The position numbers were made by a program, and so were the translations under genes. Shown piece by piece: positions 17,831 through 27,300 of a DNA stretch of 64,000 nucleotides (position 1 is the stretch's first letter; the number at the start of each line of letters is the position of its first letter). The stretch covers positions 1 to 64,000 of IMG/VR virus record IMGVR_UViG_3300044716_000122; one strand, written 5' to 3'. The DNA is from a virus (lineage: Duplodnaviria > Caudoviricetes). The notes beneath the pieces were generated by a model that was not told the DNA's origin, made no database searches, and saw only the letters and a program-made list of their open reading frames with translations.

Positions 17831-18749
17831 GCTTAAAAAGATCCTACAACATCCTAACCTATACTTTAATTACGATCCTAAGTCTGACACAGAAGAACCC
17901 GCAGATGTAACATTGATAGGAGATGGAGTAGACTTAATTATTACACAAGGAGAAGAAGTCTTTCAAGAAGAATTTCTAATCAGCACAGTAGAAAGACCAA
18001 CAGCTCAGATGGGAGACTTTGTATGGAACCTATTTATCAATAGACATGATTCCAATGCAGAACAGATCGCATATGAGACTGTAGGGTTTAAAAGAGATAC
18101 TCTTCCTAAAGTAAGAGAGAGATTTGAGAAAGAAGGTAAAGCCTATTATGATCACCTAATTGAAGCAGATGGAAGAAAAGTAATTTCTCCAGCACAATTA
18201 GCTACAATCTATAATCTGGTAGAATCTCTTAAGAATCATCCCTTTAGTTCTAAGTTTATCTTAGGCAATGACCAATATAAAATCTTTACACAACAGGCTC
18301 TTACTTTTGAGTACTTGGGATTTGAGTGTAAGGCTCTATTAGATTTGGTAGTTGTGGACGTAGACAATAAGTTTTTATATCCTATCGACTTAAAGACTAC
18401 TACAACTTCTTTAAACTATTGGACAGAGACTCTTATGAAGTATCGTTATGATCTTCAGGGAGCATTCTATACAGAAGCTTTAAAGCAGTCAGACTTAAGT
18501 ATCTATGGAGAAGGTTTAACTGTTAAGAACTTCAGGTTTTTAGTAGAAAGCCAAAAATTCCCAGGTAGTCCGCTTATCTATGAGTTATCAGATGAAGCAA
18601 TGACTCTAGGTAAAGAAGGAGGAGTATATCAAGGTAAGACCTACGAAGGCTTTCATCAAGCACTAGAACGTTTACGTTGGCATATTGACAGTGATTTGTG
18701 GAACTATACTAGAGAAGACTATCAGAACAATGGAATCAGAATTGTATAA
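17781..18749 (+). CDS. PD-(D/E)xK exonuclease (RecE/ExoVIII, DUF3799-like)
   Basis: ISQSRLK, CKALLDL, PIDLKTT, YRYDLQGAFY; ATG 17781. Confidence 0.85.
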   Translation: MILNQDYLSNTAISQSRLKKILQHPNLYFNYDPKSDTEEPADVTLIGDGVDLIITQGEEVFQEEFLISTVERPTAQMGDFVWNLFINRHDSNAEQIAYETVGFKRDTLPKVRERFEKEGKAYYDHLIEADGRKVISPAQLATIYNLVESLKNHPFSSKFILGNDQYKIFTQQALTFEYLGFECKALLDLVVVDVDNKFLYPIDLKTTTTSLNYWTETLMKYRYDLQGAFYTEALKQSDLSIYGEGLTVKNFRFLVESQKFPGSPLIYELSDEAMTLGKEGGVYQGKTYEGFHQALERLRWHIDSDLWNYTREDYQNNGIRIV

Positions 18750-19191
18750 TAAAGTAGTGAATACAAGTTTAAATAATAGCACAAGATTTCTAAGCCCCTT
18801 GATATTTACAGCAAGGGGTGAAGAATCTTTACGTGTATTGTTAAACTTTGGTTTAATTAATGTTTACGTAGATGACTACGGATACAAGTCTAAGTATCTA
18901 TACTGTCTTTTTTATTTGTTTAAACCTACAGACAAAGCTGCTTTTGAGGAATTCCAAAAGAAGATTACTAGCTTTGACTCTTTCTATGACTACTACGAGG
19001 TAGAAGACAAGATAATGTTTGTGTTCAGAGTTAATTCCATCTACAGAAGAGACATAGATCGTTTTAAACAGAATAGATTCCATGACATGTCAGATGATTA
19101 TAAGATTTTATTTCATAGAAATATAAAATTTAATGACATAGATATGGATATAAGAAAAGAAATCTATAGATTTGAAGAATACTTGACTTAA
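18730..19191 (+). CDS. hypothetical protein
   Basis: Aromatic-rich ORF after the exonuclease (track start 18685; ATG 18730 more likely). Confidence 0.7.
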   Translation: MESELYNKVVNTSLNNSTRFLSPLIFTARGEESLRVLLNFGLINVYVDDYGYKSKYLYCLFYLFKPTDKAAFEEFQKKITSFDSFYDYYEVEDKIMFVFRVNSIYRRDIDRFKQNRFHDMSDDYKILFHRNIKFNDIDMDIRKEIYRFEEYLT

Positions 19192-19643
19192 TGGCTTTTA
19201 TACAAGAATCTTATGATACATATAATCAGAAGGGAATCAAACTCCTTTCTGATTATATTGTTAGTAGGGGGTTTGAACTAATAGTTAAAGAAAAAGAAGA
19301 CTATAATATAGACATAATTGCATACAAGAATGGAAAGAAATACTTGTTTGAAGCAGAAATGAAGAAAGATAGAAGTATAACTACACCAGAAGATTTCTAT
19401 GATACAGTGTCTTTTTTATCTAGGAAGAAAAAGTTTGCAGAACAGAATGAGTTTATCTACTTTATAATTAGCAATATAAATGGGGGAGCTATAGGCGCTA
19501 TCTCTGATGTTATATTTAAAGAAGAACACAAGATACAGAAGCATATAAGCAAAGATGGTAGAAAAGGATATGAAGATTTTTATCAAGTACCAAGAGAACT
19601 TTGTAGATTTTTCCCACCTGAAGAATTTTTAGTAAACAAATAA
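19191..19643 (+). CDS. PD-(D/E)xK-family nuclease
   Basis: IDIIAYK...LFEAEMK catalytic pattern; TAATG coupling. Confidence 0.65.
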   Translation: MAFIQESYDTYNQKGIKLLSDYIVSRGFELIVKEKEDYNIDIIAYKNGKKYLFEAEMKKDRSITTPEDFYDTVSFLSRKKKFAEQNEFIYFIISNINGGAIGAISDVIFKEEHKIQKHISKDGRKGYEDFYQVPRELCRFFPPEEFLVNK

Positions 19644-19653
19644 AAAAATAGAA

Positions 19654-19935
19654 ATGAGCATAAAATTATTTGGACACAGAGTATTACTCAATCGTCCTAA
19701 GAAAGAAGAAAGACTTATCCAACTTACACCAGAGATGGAAGAGGAAATGAACATGAAAGAACTAATAGGTTTGAAGCACTTAGAAGTCTATACCATTGGA
19801 GAAGAAGTAACCAATGTAAAAGTAGGCGATGTAGTGTACGTAAACCTAATGTATCTTCAGTCTGCTGAACTAGTAGAAGTAGATGGTTCAGAAAGAATCA
19901 TGGTAAGAGATAGCGATATCGCATTCACTTGGTAA
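19654..19935 (+). CDS. groES: co-chaperonin GroES-like
   Basis: IKLFGHRVLL...VYTIGEEV..VKVGDVVY...IMVRDSDI is the Cpn10 pattern. Confidence 0.85.
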   Translation: MSIKLFGHRVLLNRPKKEERLIQLTPEMEEEMNMKELIGLKHLEVYTIGEEVTNVKVGDVVYVNLMYLQSAELVEVDGSERIMVRDSDIAFTW

Positions 19936-19953
19936 TCAATTAAAACTAAAGAT

Positions 19954-20280
19954 ATGTTATTCTATTACAGCGAAAAAGAAAAAATCGAGAATGGAGAAGA
20001 GATGGAACTTATCATTAAGAAAGGTTTCTCCTTTGAAATTAGTAAAGTCTTAATGACCTACCCTACAGACAATGGTTTAGCTGTTGTTTTAGACGGTAAT
20101 GCTGACAAACTTAACCCTGTAGACTATCAATATAAAATTGATCCTGCTACTAAGCAAAAAGTTCCAGTAAAAATCACTAAATTTGAAACCACCAGTGAGC
20201 CTATAGTTGTTGAATTGAAAGTAAAAGAAGAAATTCTTGCTTTCTTTAGCTTAACAGGAGGACCACAGGAGGTTAAGTAG
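19954..20280 (+). CDS. hypothetical protein
   Basis: 108 aa; last gene of the + arm. Confidence 0.7.
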   Translation: MLFYYSEKEKIENGEEMELIIKKGFSFEISKVLMTYPTDNGLAVVLDGNADKLNPVDYQYKIDPATKQKVPVKITKFETTSEPIVVELKVKEEILAFFSLTGGPQEVK

Positions 20281-20317
20281 TTTTAGTTTTTAGTTTATTT
20301 AGTATTTCCAACCAACC

Positions 20318-20349
20318 AAAAAGGGGCTCTTAATAGGGCCCCTTTTTTT
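20318..20349. terminator. bidirectional terminator between the two convergent arms
   Basis: AAAAAGGGGCTCT-TAAT-AGGGCCCCTTTTTTT, with A and T runs on either side. Confidence 0.9.
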
Positions 20350-20578
20350 ATAGTCTTATTACTCTTGGATGTTCTAACCCTTCTGCTAGGATGACATCTA
20401 ATCCTAGTATGCTTTCTATTGTTACATCATCCTCATCCTCTACTCCCATCTCTATGAGTAAGTCCTCAAACTGTTCTTCTGTGAGTAGGACTGCGTTAGG
20501 TCTCATTGCCTGACCATCCTTCTCTGAGTCTAAGTAGAACTGATTTATTAATTTATCTATATCTGCTAGGGTAATCAT
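20348..20578 (-). CDS. hypothetical acidic protein
   Basis: 76 aa; stop codon abuts the terminator. Confidence 0.7.
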   Translation of the reverse strand: MITLADIDKLINQFYLDSEKDGQAMRPNAVLLTEEQFEDLLIEMGVEDEDDVTIESILGLDVILAEGLEHPRVIRL

Positions 20579-20594
20579 AACTGTTTATTTGATT

Positions 20595-21929
20595 TTATTT
20601 AAAGCGAATATAAAACGAATATATTAAATCTGTATCTTTTTCTACTAAATCAAATGAAACTCCTGGATATCCTGGACCAAAATTGTTCATTACCCACTTA
20701 GAAGAGCCATACATAGACAATACGTTACGGTATCTAAACTTGTATACCTGTTGCATACTCTCTGTATGTAAGTCTCCTTTTACTATAGAAATATTTTTAT
20801 TATCTCCTAAGTTGTGGTGATCTATGTATTTATTAAGGAAATTTTCTGCTTTTTCTGTTAAGAAAAGGGGAAGACCATGCTTAAGATCTTCAGAATCTTT
20901 TCCATGAGTAAAGATAAACGTGTGTTTGCCATAATCAAAGTGTTCTAGGAACTTCTCCATTATCGTTACTTTGATAAATGGATAAGCTGTATTTAAATAT
21001 AAAGCTAATGCTTGGTTTGTAATATACCCAAAGGAACCTGCATGGTTATCCTCTGTCTGCATGATAGCATGAATGTTATTTGCAAGATTCTTTTCTTGCA
21101 ATTCATCGAAAAATCTTTTGTGAGCATAAAGGTAAGTCATAAAAGACTCCTTATTGTTCATGTTTTGCGGGAGTTGGTGTCCTCCTCTAGTAGTATGACC
21201 ACTCCAACCATCTAATGAATCCCCTAAATCACAAATAAACAAGTCTTCTAGTCTTCCAAAGGCTTTTACTTGTTTTTCTATCTCCTCTAATACCCTCATC
21301 ATACGTACTTCAAAGACATCTTCGTTGTACTCATTGTTAAAGATAGAGTTAGGGTGAGTAAGTGCTCCTACATGTTTGTCACTCATATAAACAAATAAAG
21401 CCTTCTTAGAGGCTACAGGAGTCTTTTTAGGAGTAGGGCAAGGACTTATGTTAGATTCTAAGAAAACCTCTCTTAGAACGTCTTCTATGTCTTGAGGTAA
21501 ACTATCCTCAGGCTTTATAGAAGCAAATAAGGCTGACACTAGCCAGCCTGAACTCTTTTCTTTACTCCAATATTGAACTAATCTCCACTTAGTAGTATCT
21601 ATTTTGTGGATCTTAATAATCTCTTCAGCAGATCTAGGTTGCTCAGAAACTAGTTTAGATACTTCTAGAGTGCCTTTATCTAAGTTTTCATCGTAAGTTC
21701 CTAAAGTATGATTAGACAACACATGAGAAGTAGGAGTTGGCTGATATAAAGAATCCTCTTTAAGTAAGTGAGCCATTGCTGTCCTCTTTAAGTCACGAAC
21801 TCTTTTTCCTCTCAGAAGATTGTTTATTTCTGGCTGATAGTTGAAGCGGATAGCAACTTCAACAGCTGTCTCGGTTGTATTTGGATTGTCAATGTAGTAT
21901 TGAACAATCTGTTTAGAGATTGAGATCAT
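20595..21929 (-). CDS. calcineurin-like metallophosphoesterase with N-terminal extension
   Basis: SDKHVG, LGDSLDG, EDNH, FTHG, GDLH motifs. Confidence 0.8.
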   Translation of the reverse strand: MISISKQIVQYYIDNPNTTETAVEVAIRFNYQPEINNLLRGKRVRDLKRTAMAHLLKEDSLYQPTPTSHVLSNHTLGTYDENLDKGTLEVSKLVSEQPRSAEEIIKIHKIDTTKWRLVQYWSKEKSSGWLVSALFASIKPEDSLPQDIEDVLREVFLESNISPCPTPKKTPVASKKALFVYMSDKHVGALTHPNSIFNNEYNEDVFEVRMMRVLEEIEKQVKAFGRLEDLFICDLGDSLDGWSGHTTRGGHQLPQNMNNKESFMTYLYAHKRFFDELQEKNLANNIHAIMQTEDNHAGSFGYITNQALALYLNTAYPFIKVTIMEKFLEHFDYGKHTFIFTHGKDSEDLKHGLPLFLTEKAENFLNKYIDHHNLGDNKNISIVKGDLHTESMQQVYKFRYRNVLSMYGSSKWVMNNFGPGYPGVSFDLVEKDTDLIYSFYIRFK

Positions 21930-21939
21930 AGGCAGAGAG

Positions 21940-22320
21940 TTAAAGTATTAACCCTATGGTTAACAAAACTATAGCAAATAATCCACCTTTCAAAACATTT
22001 TTAAGTGTTTTAATCGTTTCTCCTTGTGATTTAACTTTAGTATCTAAGCGAACTATCTCTATTTTAGCGGTATCCAGGGCTTTCCTGAAGTTTGGAATAA
22101 TAGAATCTTTATATAAAGTTAACTGTATACTGTCAGTCTTAACAATCTTTTTAAGACTAACTACCCTTTCACGTGCTTGAATTCCTTTTAGGAACTCATC
22201 ATTCAACTCCTTTAGCGGTAAGCTGTCTAGAGATTGTGAGTAGGTACTTTGTGCCGTCAATATCAGGCATAGTGTCAATAGCAATCTGAATTGTATCATA
22301 CTTAAGGGTGATTTTTTCAT
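21940..22320 (-). CDS. spanin-like membrane protein (signal peptide, coiled coil, C-terminal TM)
   Basis: MIQFRLLLTLCLILTAQSTYSQ signal (ATG 22299 likely), coiled coil, C-terminal GGLFAIVLLTIGLIL; overlaps the upstream TM gene. Confidence 0.5.
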   Translation of the reverse strand: MKKSPLSMIQFRLLLTLCLILTAQSTYSQSLDSLPLKELNDEFLKGIQARERVVSLKKIVKTDSIQLTLYKDSIIPNFRKALDTAKIEIVRLDTKVKSQGETIKTLKNVLKGGLFAIVLLTIGLIL

Positions 22321-22516
22321 AGGTTCTATACTCTTCGTGTTTTATGTGCTCTAAGGAGTCTAACTTCTCAAAGTAAGTATCATTTGCTTTATCTATAGAA
22401 TCAATAAAAGATATTACTTGGTTAGTATCTTGCTCTTGTACATACTCATATTTAAATAATAGGTATGCGATTACTGCAATAAAAAAAATATTAAGTTTTA
22501 CGCTTAGGTTCTTCAT
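22199..22516 (-). CDS. i-spanin-like N-terminal TM protein
   Basis: N-terminal TM (LNIFFIAVIAYLLF) plus helical C-terminal part; directly after the holin. Confidence 0.5.
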   Translation of the reverse strand: MKNLSVKLNIFFIAVIAYLLFKYEYVQEQDTNQVISFIDSIDKANDTYFEKLDSLEHIKHEEYRTYEKITLKYDTIQIAIDTMPDIDGTKYLLTISRQLTAKGVE

Positions 22517-22928
22517 CTTGGTGGTTGAATTTATGTTGATCTATTTTTTCTAGAATGTGAGAAAGGACACTATTATTAATCACTCCTACTGTATGAGCAT
22601 TTTTAAGTGCACTGATAAGTTGGAAAACGATAAAGGGAGCACAGAAAGTTTCACTTAACCAAAATGTACCATCAAACCCCTTCTCAATCATAAGAATAAC
22701 TGTAAGGATAACTACCCAAGCAAACAAAGTACGAAGTACTCTAAGTGCTTTTTTAGTTTGAAAACCAATCTTCTTAGTTCCTGCCCATACCCCAAAGAAT
22801 CCATCTAAGAATACTACTGCTACAATCGCTAAGTACTGCTCTGCATTATCTGCAGTCAAATGTAAAAAGTACGTTCCTAAGAAGGCTAAAAAAGTTGTAC
22901 TGAGGTATAGTAGTCCTGAGGTTTTCAC
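22491..22928 (-). CDS. phage holin (holin_4 / toxin-secretion type)
   Basis: Three to four TM segments; VFLDGFFGVWA and FQLISALKNA patterns; charged C-terminal tail. Confidence 0.75.
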   Translation of the reverse strand: MKTSGLLYLSTTFLAFLGTYFLHLTADNAEQYLAIVAVVFLDGFFGVWAGTKKIGFQTKKALRVLRTLFAWVVILTVILMIEKGFDGTFWLSETFCAPFIVFQLISALKNAHTVGVINNSVLSHILEKIDQHKFNHQDEEPKRKT

Positions 22929-22954
22929 TATTAAAAAATATTTATATGTTTAAA

Positions 22955-23164
22955 TTAATTATACGGATCCGCAGGAATGGGAAAATCAGAGTTATCTAAT
23001 GTAAGAAACTCAACGTTAACAAGGATATCAGAAAAGTTATCTAAAGAGTTCTTAGAACAAACATATCTTCCATCTAAAGTAGTAGCGTAGTTAAACTCTA
23101 TTTGTCCCCGTTTTAAACCCTTATTCTGGGTTGCTTGTTCTTGTGTTAATAGTATATACTCCAT
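22955..23164 (-). CDS. hypothetical protein (possible fibre partner or chaperone)
   Basis: 69 aa, TAATG-coupled to the upstream fibre-like gene. Confidence 0.6.
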   Translation of the reverse strand: MEYILLTQEQATQNKGLKRGQIEFNYATTLDGRYVCSKNSLDNFSDILVNVEFLTLDNSDFPIPADPYN

Positions 23165-23976
23165 TATCTACTTAGTTGAGTGTTTAATTGATTGAGTAAC
23201 GTATTTAAAATAACTAGCTGTGCATCTGTAAATCCTTTTGCTAAATAAAAGAACTTATAAGTTTTTTGGGAAAACAGTGCAGGTGTATTTGCTCCAGGAC
23301 TTCCATTACTAGTCGCACCTATAAAGAATTTATTAGTAGGAGTTACACTAACATCACCAGTTGTTCCATTAGCAACAAAAAGACCGTCTTTATAAACAGC
23401 TGTAACGCTGTCTAATGTTTGAAAATGCCAAAATGCTACTGCTTGTCCACTAAATACTACACGTCCTGTTATATCATTATTAGACATAATATCTAAAATA
23501 TTATTATTTGTACTAAACCAAACAGATCTAATTCGTTCTGCACCAGAACTTTCCGTAATACCCATGGGAATTTCTGTACGAGAATTAAATCCTGTAGCAT
23601 CCCAGAGACCAAAAGATAAATCAGTCATACTAAATCCACTTACTGCACTAGGAGAAAAATTAGTATTTCCGTATTGACTAGTTCCATTAAATGAAATTGT
23701 GTTACTAGACAAAGTTGGAGTATCTACCCAAGTTACTTGGTAAGTTGATGGAGATATTAAATTATAAGAAGATTTAGCTAAGTCACCAACTATAGGATAA
23801 AAAAAATAAAACTTACTCCAAAGTCCGTTTGTTTTTAATGAACTAACAAAAGTGTTAATTGCTGATTTTATAGAATAGTCAGTAATTCCTGCTGCTGTAA
23901 AATACGTAATAGCATCAGAATCAAAAATGATTTCCTTGTAAATACTTTTACGTATTCCTATGCCAACGCCAATCAT
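23164..23976 (-). CDS. putative head-spike fibre / lectin-like virion protein
   Basis: N-terminal MIGVGIGI; DSDAITYFTAAG...LKTNGLWSK..FYPIVG followed by a beta-rich LamG/ConA-like region (FNGTSQYGNT). Confidence 0.55.
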   Translation of the reverse strand: MIGVGIGIRKSIYKEIIFDSDAITYFTAAGITDYSIKSAINTFVSSLKTNGLWSKFYFFYPIVGDLAKSSYNLISPSTYQVTWVDTPTLSSNTISFNGTSQYGNTNFSPSAVSGFSMTDLSFGLWDATGFNSRTEIPMGITESSGAERIRSVWFSTNNNILDIMSNNDITGRVVFSGQAVAFWHFQTLDSVTAVYKDGLFVANGTTGDVSVTPTNKFFIGATSNGSPGANTPALFSQKTYKFFYLAKGFTDAQLVILNTLLNQLNTQLSR

Positions 23977-24278
23977 TACTTATAAGCAATTACGCTACCG
24001 CTAGAGATAGTAAAATCGGTAATTATACCACCAGGCAAGTAAGCTCCCGCTTTAAAAGTTACTCCACTCATACCGTTATTAGCTAGTTCTGAAGCACCAT
24101 TAACTTTAAATTCTGTAAATATAGTATCTTCTTGTACAACTAATGCACAGTACTTTACTGACGTTACAACAGCCACTCCGTGACGTTTAAATCCTCCTGT
24201 ACCTACAGCAAGACCTGAGGTAGAAGCTATTTGACGAAGCTTCTTTGAATGTTCTTTGAGCAAATCATTATTTTCCAT
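23976..24278 (-). CDS. putative head-spike base protein
   Basis: 100-aa beta-rich protein ending AGAYLPGG...SGSVIAYK; TAATG-coupled to the MIGVGIGI gene. Confidence 0.5.
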   Translation of the reverse strand: MENNDLLKEHSKKLRQIASTSGLAVGTGGFKRHGVAVVTSVKYCALVVQEDTIFTEFKVNGASELANNGMSGVTFKAGAYLPGGIITDFTISSGSVIAYK

Positions 24279-24326
24279 AATTTTATTATCGTTTCGACAT
24301 TAAGTCCGACCTGAGTCCGAGTTATA

Positions 24327-24356
24327 CAAATTTACCTTAATTAAAAATAAAGTCAA
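24327..24356 (-). promoter_or_regulatory. Bacteroidota-type promoter
   Basis: Minus strand CTTG-N19-TAAATTTGTA. Confidence 0.7.
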
Positions 24357-24357
24357 G

Positions 24358-27300
24358 TTACTTCTTATAAGGCTTAGGACTAACATCCAACCCTTTTCTA
24401 TCTCCAATTAAGTTCATAAATGGATATGCAAAAGGCGTTGATTCATCTTCTTGACCTGTTTTTATTTTTTCTACTCTTCTTTCAAACCAAACACTTAACT
24501 TGTTAGCTCTTACTCCAATTTCTTTTGGAATAGGTTCTCCTCGTTCTACATATCTCAAAGCTTGACTCTCTAAATCCTTCATCTCTTTCTTAAATAACTT
24601 TAATTCTTGAGCTAAACGAGTCCTAGTTGGCATATACTCTAAACCTTGATGTTCTTTTGTGTAACGAGTAACAAGTTCTTTAGTATAAGTCTTAGGCGAG
24701 TAAGCGTTAAAAGCTCTGTTTTGAAATTCAATAGACTTAGGACCAATAAACATTCCTTTAGCTCCCATTGCTTCCATTGCTAATACAGCTAATCCCATTT
24801 CTCCTGCTTGCATAGGGTGAGTTTTATCCCAGTCTACTTTATTAGAATTTGAACGATATCTATAATAAGGATCTGTAGTAAATAAATCATCACGATCTGT
24901 AATGAATTTCTTAAATACACTTGCAGGTCCTAATAAACTCCACAACATCCTATCTGCAAGACCTATACCGTTTGCTTTTTCAGAACCCCAAGTAAATAAT
25001 GCTTCATTCATTCCCCATAGAGTGAATACACCTTCAGCTTCATTTGCAGTTCTCTTAAGTGCTAAACAAACATAATCTTTCCAATCTGCTTGAGCATCTT
25101 CTTCACAGTTTAAAGAAAGAGACATTTGAACTATTAAATTGGCTAGTACGGTAAAAGTAGTAAATTGAATAGCAAACTGTTTTAAACCTGCTTTATCAAC
25201 TTCAGAACTGTATTTCCAGGTATTATAAAAGTTACCCTGATCATAGTAAATAAAATCTCTTAAGAATCTAGTAGCAGCTATATGAGAACCTACTGTTCTT
25301 ATTCCAGAACCATAGTGAATAGTCTCTAATCCCCAAGTTGATTTAAGGTCAGGTATAATCCACTTCTTTAAGAACATTACTGATCGGAACCAAGCATGCT
25401 TAGAAGCAGTTGGCTGAGCACTTAAAGCATATATACCCTGTGCTCTTTCATTTGCTAATTGAACATTGTTTCTAATCTTATTTATAAATGCAGGACTAAC
25501 CTCTACGTTATCTTTAACCTGAATTATACCATCTTTTAATTCAAATGCATCTTTAAGTGCTACTGTTTCATCACTATCCTTTTTCTTTACTCTATACTTA
25601 TTCAAGAAAGTATAAGTAGTTACAGCAGCAATGTCGAATTCCGTATAATCTCTCAGAGTAGAAACAGATCTCCAGACTTTACCATATTTTACAAGACCTT
25701 TGTTGTTAATCTCATTTGCTTGGTTAGCAGCTCCCTGTGTTCCTATAAAGTAATCAACTAAAGATAGTCTAAAAGGTTTTGCTCCAAATTGATTATATGC
25801 AAGATAAAACTCTTGCGAAATACCAGCAGTATCTGCATGTGCTTTTACTAAGTCAGCAGCAGTGAGGTGGTAGAAACCTAATTGAGAATATATCTTAAGG
25901 TGTCCGCTAATCCAGTTTTGTGGTAAGTTTATAAGATTAAGTCCAAGTGTTTTAAATCCTGCAAAACTTGTAACACCACTAATAATAGAGTTAGAAGTTT
26001 TTTTCCAAGGTGTATCAGACTCCAAAGTTTTACCATACAACTCACGATCAATAAGATCTTTGATTACTTTAGTAGAATCTGTTATACGTTCTCCCTTATC
26101 TGTTACTACACTTTCCATAGCAAGAACAGTAGATTGATACTTACGCATCTTTCTGAATCTTTCAGATGAAGTAGCGTAAGAAGCCATAGCAGTCATGATA
26201 TCATAAGACTGCTGTTCTATAGGAAGAGTACGTGCATAACGATTGAATAGTCTTCTAGACTCTCTCATTACTGGATCGCCAAAAGCATCTACTTGATAAG
26301 CTGCACCAAAGATATCTTCCTCATCTGAAAAAGCTTCCCTGTCTCCTGAGAAGAAACTAGTAACATTCTTAAAATAAGTCTTAACAATATTCTGTTTAAG
26401 TTTAATTTGATCAATAACTTCTCCAGGTGTCTTTCTTAATCCTGGAATCAAATCACCTAACTTATCTTTTTGATATAGTCCTTCCTGACTTCTATAATGT
26501 AAGTCAGTCATTCTGTCAAGAAGCTTTCTACGATTATCAGATAAGTTATCGTAGGCTTGGTTATAGTATTGTCCCCCTGTAATTTCTTTAAATGTAATCT
26601 CCCCTGGCTTATAGTTAGGATTTTTAAAGTCTGCATTTACTACAGACTTATACCATAATGAAGAAGGAGCATCTTTTTGTATATACTTAGGATCATTAGG
26701 TCTAGTAACCCTCCACATAAAAATAGGCTCTACTACTTCAACTGTTGAACGAAGATTAGGGTCAAATCTATACTTAGTAATGTGATTGTCTTTATACCAA
26801 GTAGAGTTTTTAAATGCAACATTTACTAATGCTTCAATAGACTTTTGATCTAAGTCAGGATTTTCTGTCTCTACCTTTGTTCTAATAGCATTGACTTGAT
26901 GTTCAACTGCAGTATTATAGTACTCAGAGTTTACGTTAGATTGAAGTCCTTGAAGTTGTTCTATAAGTCCAGATAGTCTAGACTTAGTATTAGCGTCTAG
27001 TGGACTATCTTGTTTAAGCAAAGCTTTAATATTTTCAATCTCTTGTTCTATTTCTTTCGCTTTTACTACTTGCTTTTCAGTAACGTCAATAGGATCGTAA
27101 ACTCCGTTCTTATCTTTGTTACCTTTTAAAAGATTAAACAAACTAGAATACAAGTCAGTAATAGAACCTCTGCTACTAAGTAACTCTTGAATCTCGTCTA
27201 AGATATCTTGTCTAGTGTCGTAAAACTCCTGAGTGTAGATAGTACGGGTGTGAACTGCAGCCCAGTTATTATAACTTTCTGGAGTAATAAATCCTTTAGC

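Noticed and set aside
3916-19083. Minus-strand short ORFs in the left arm (e.g. 3916, 4770, 6378, 6413, 8546, 10848, 12283, 12988, 16085, 17322, 18898) and + ORF 9595..9843
   Set aside because: They lie inside or across well-supported genes and have no motifs or leaders; shadow ORFs
20280-20350. Abrupt A-rich to T-rich skew switch as a replication origin or terminus
   Set aside because: Fully explained by the switch in coding strand at the convergent terminator
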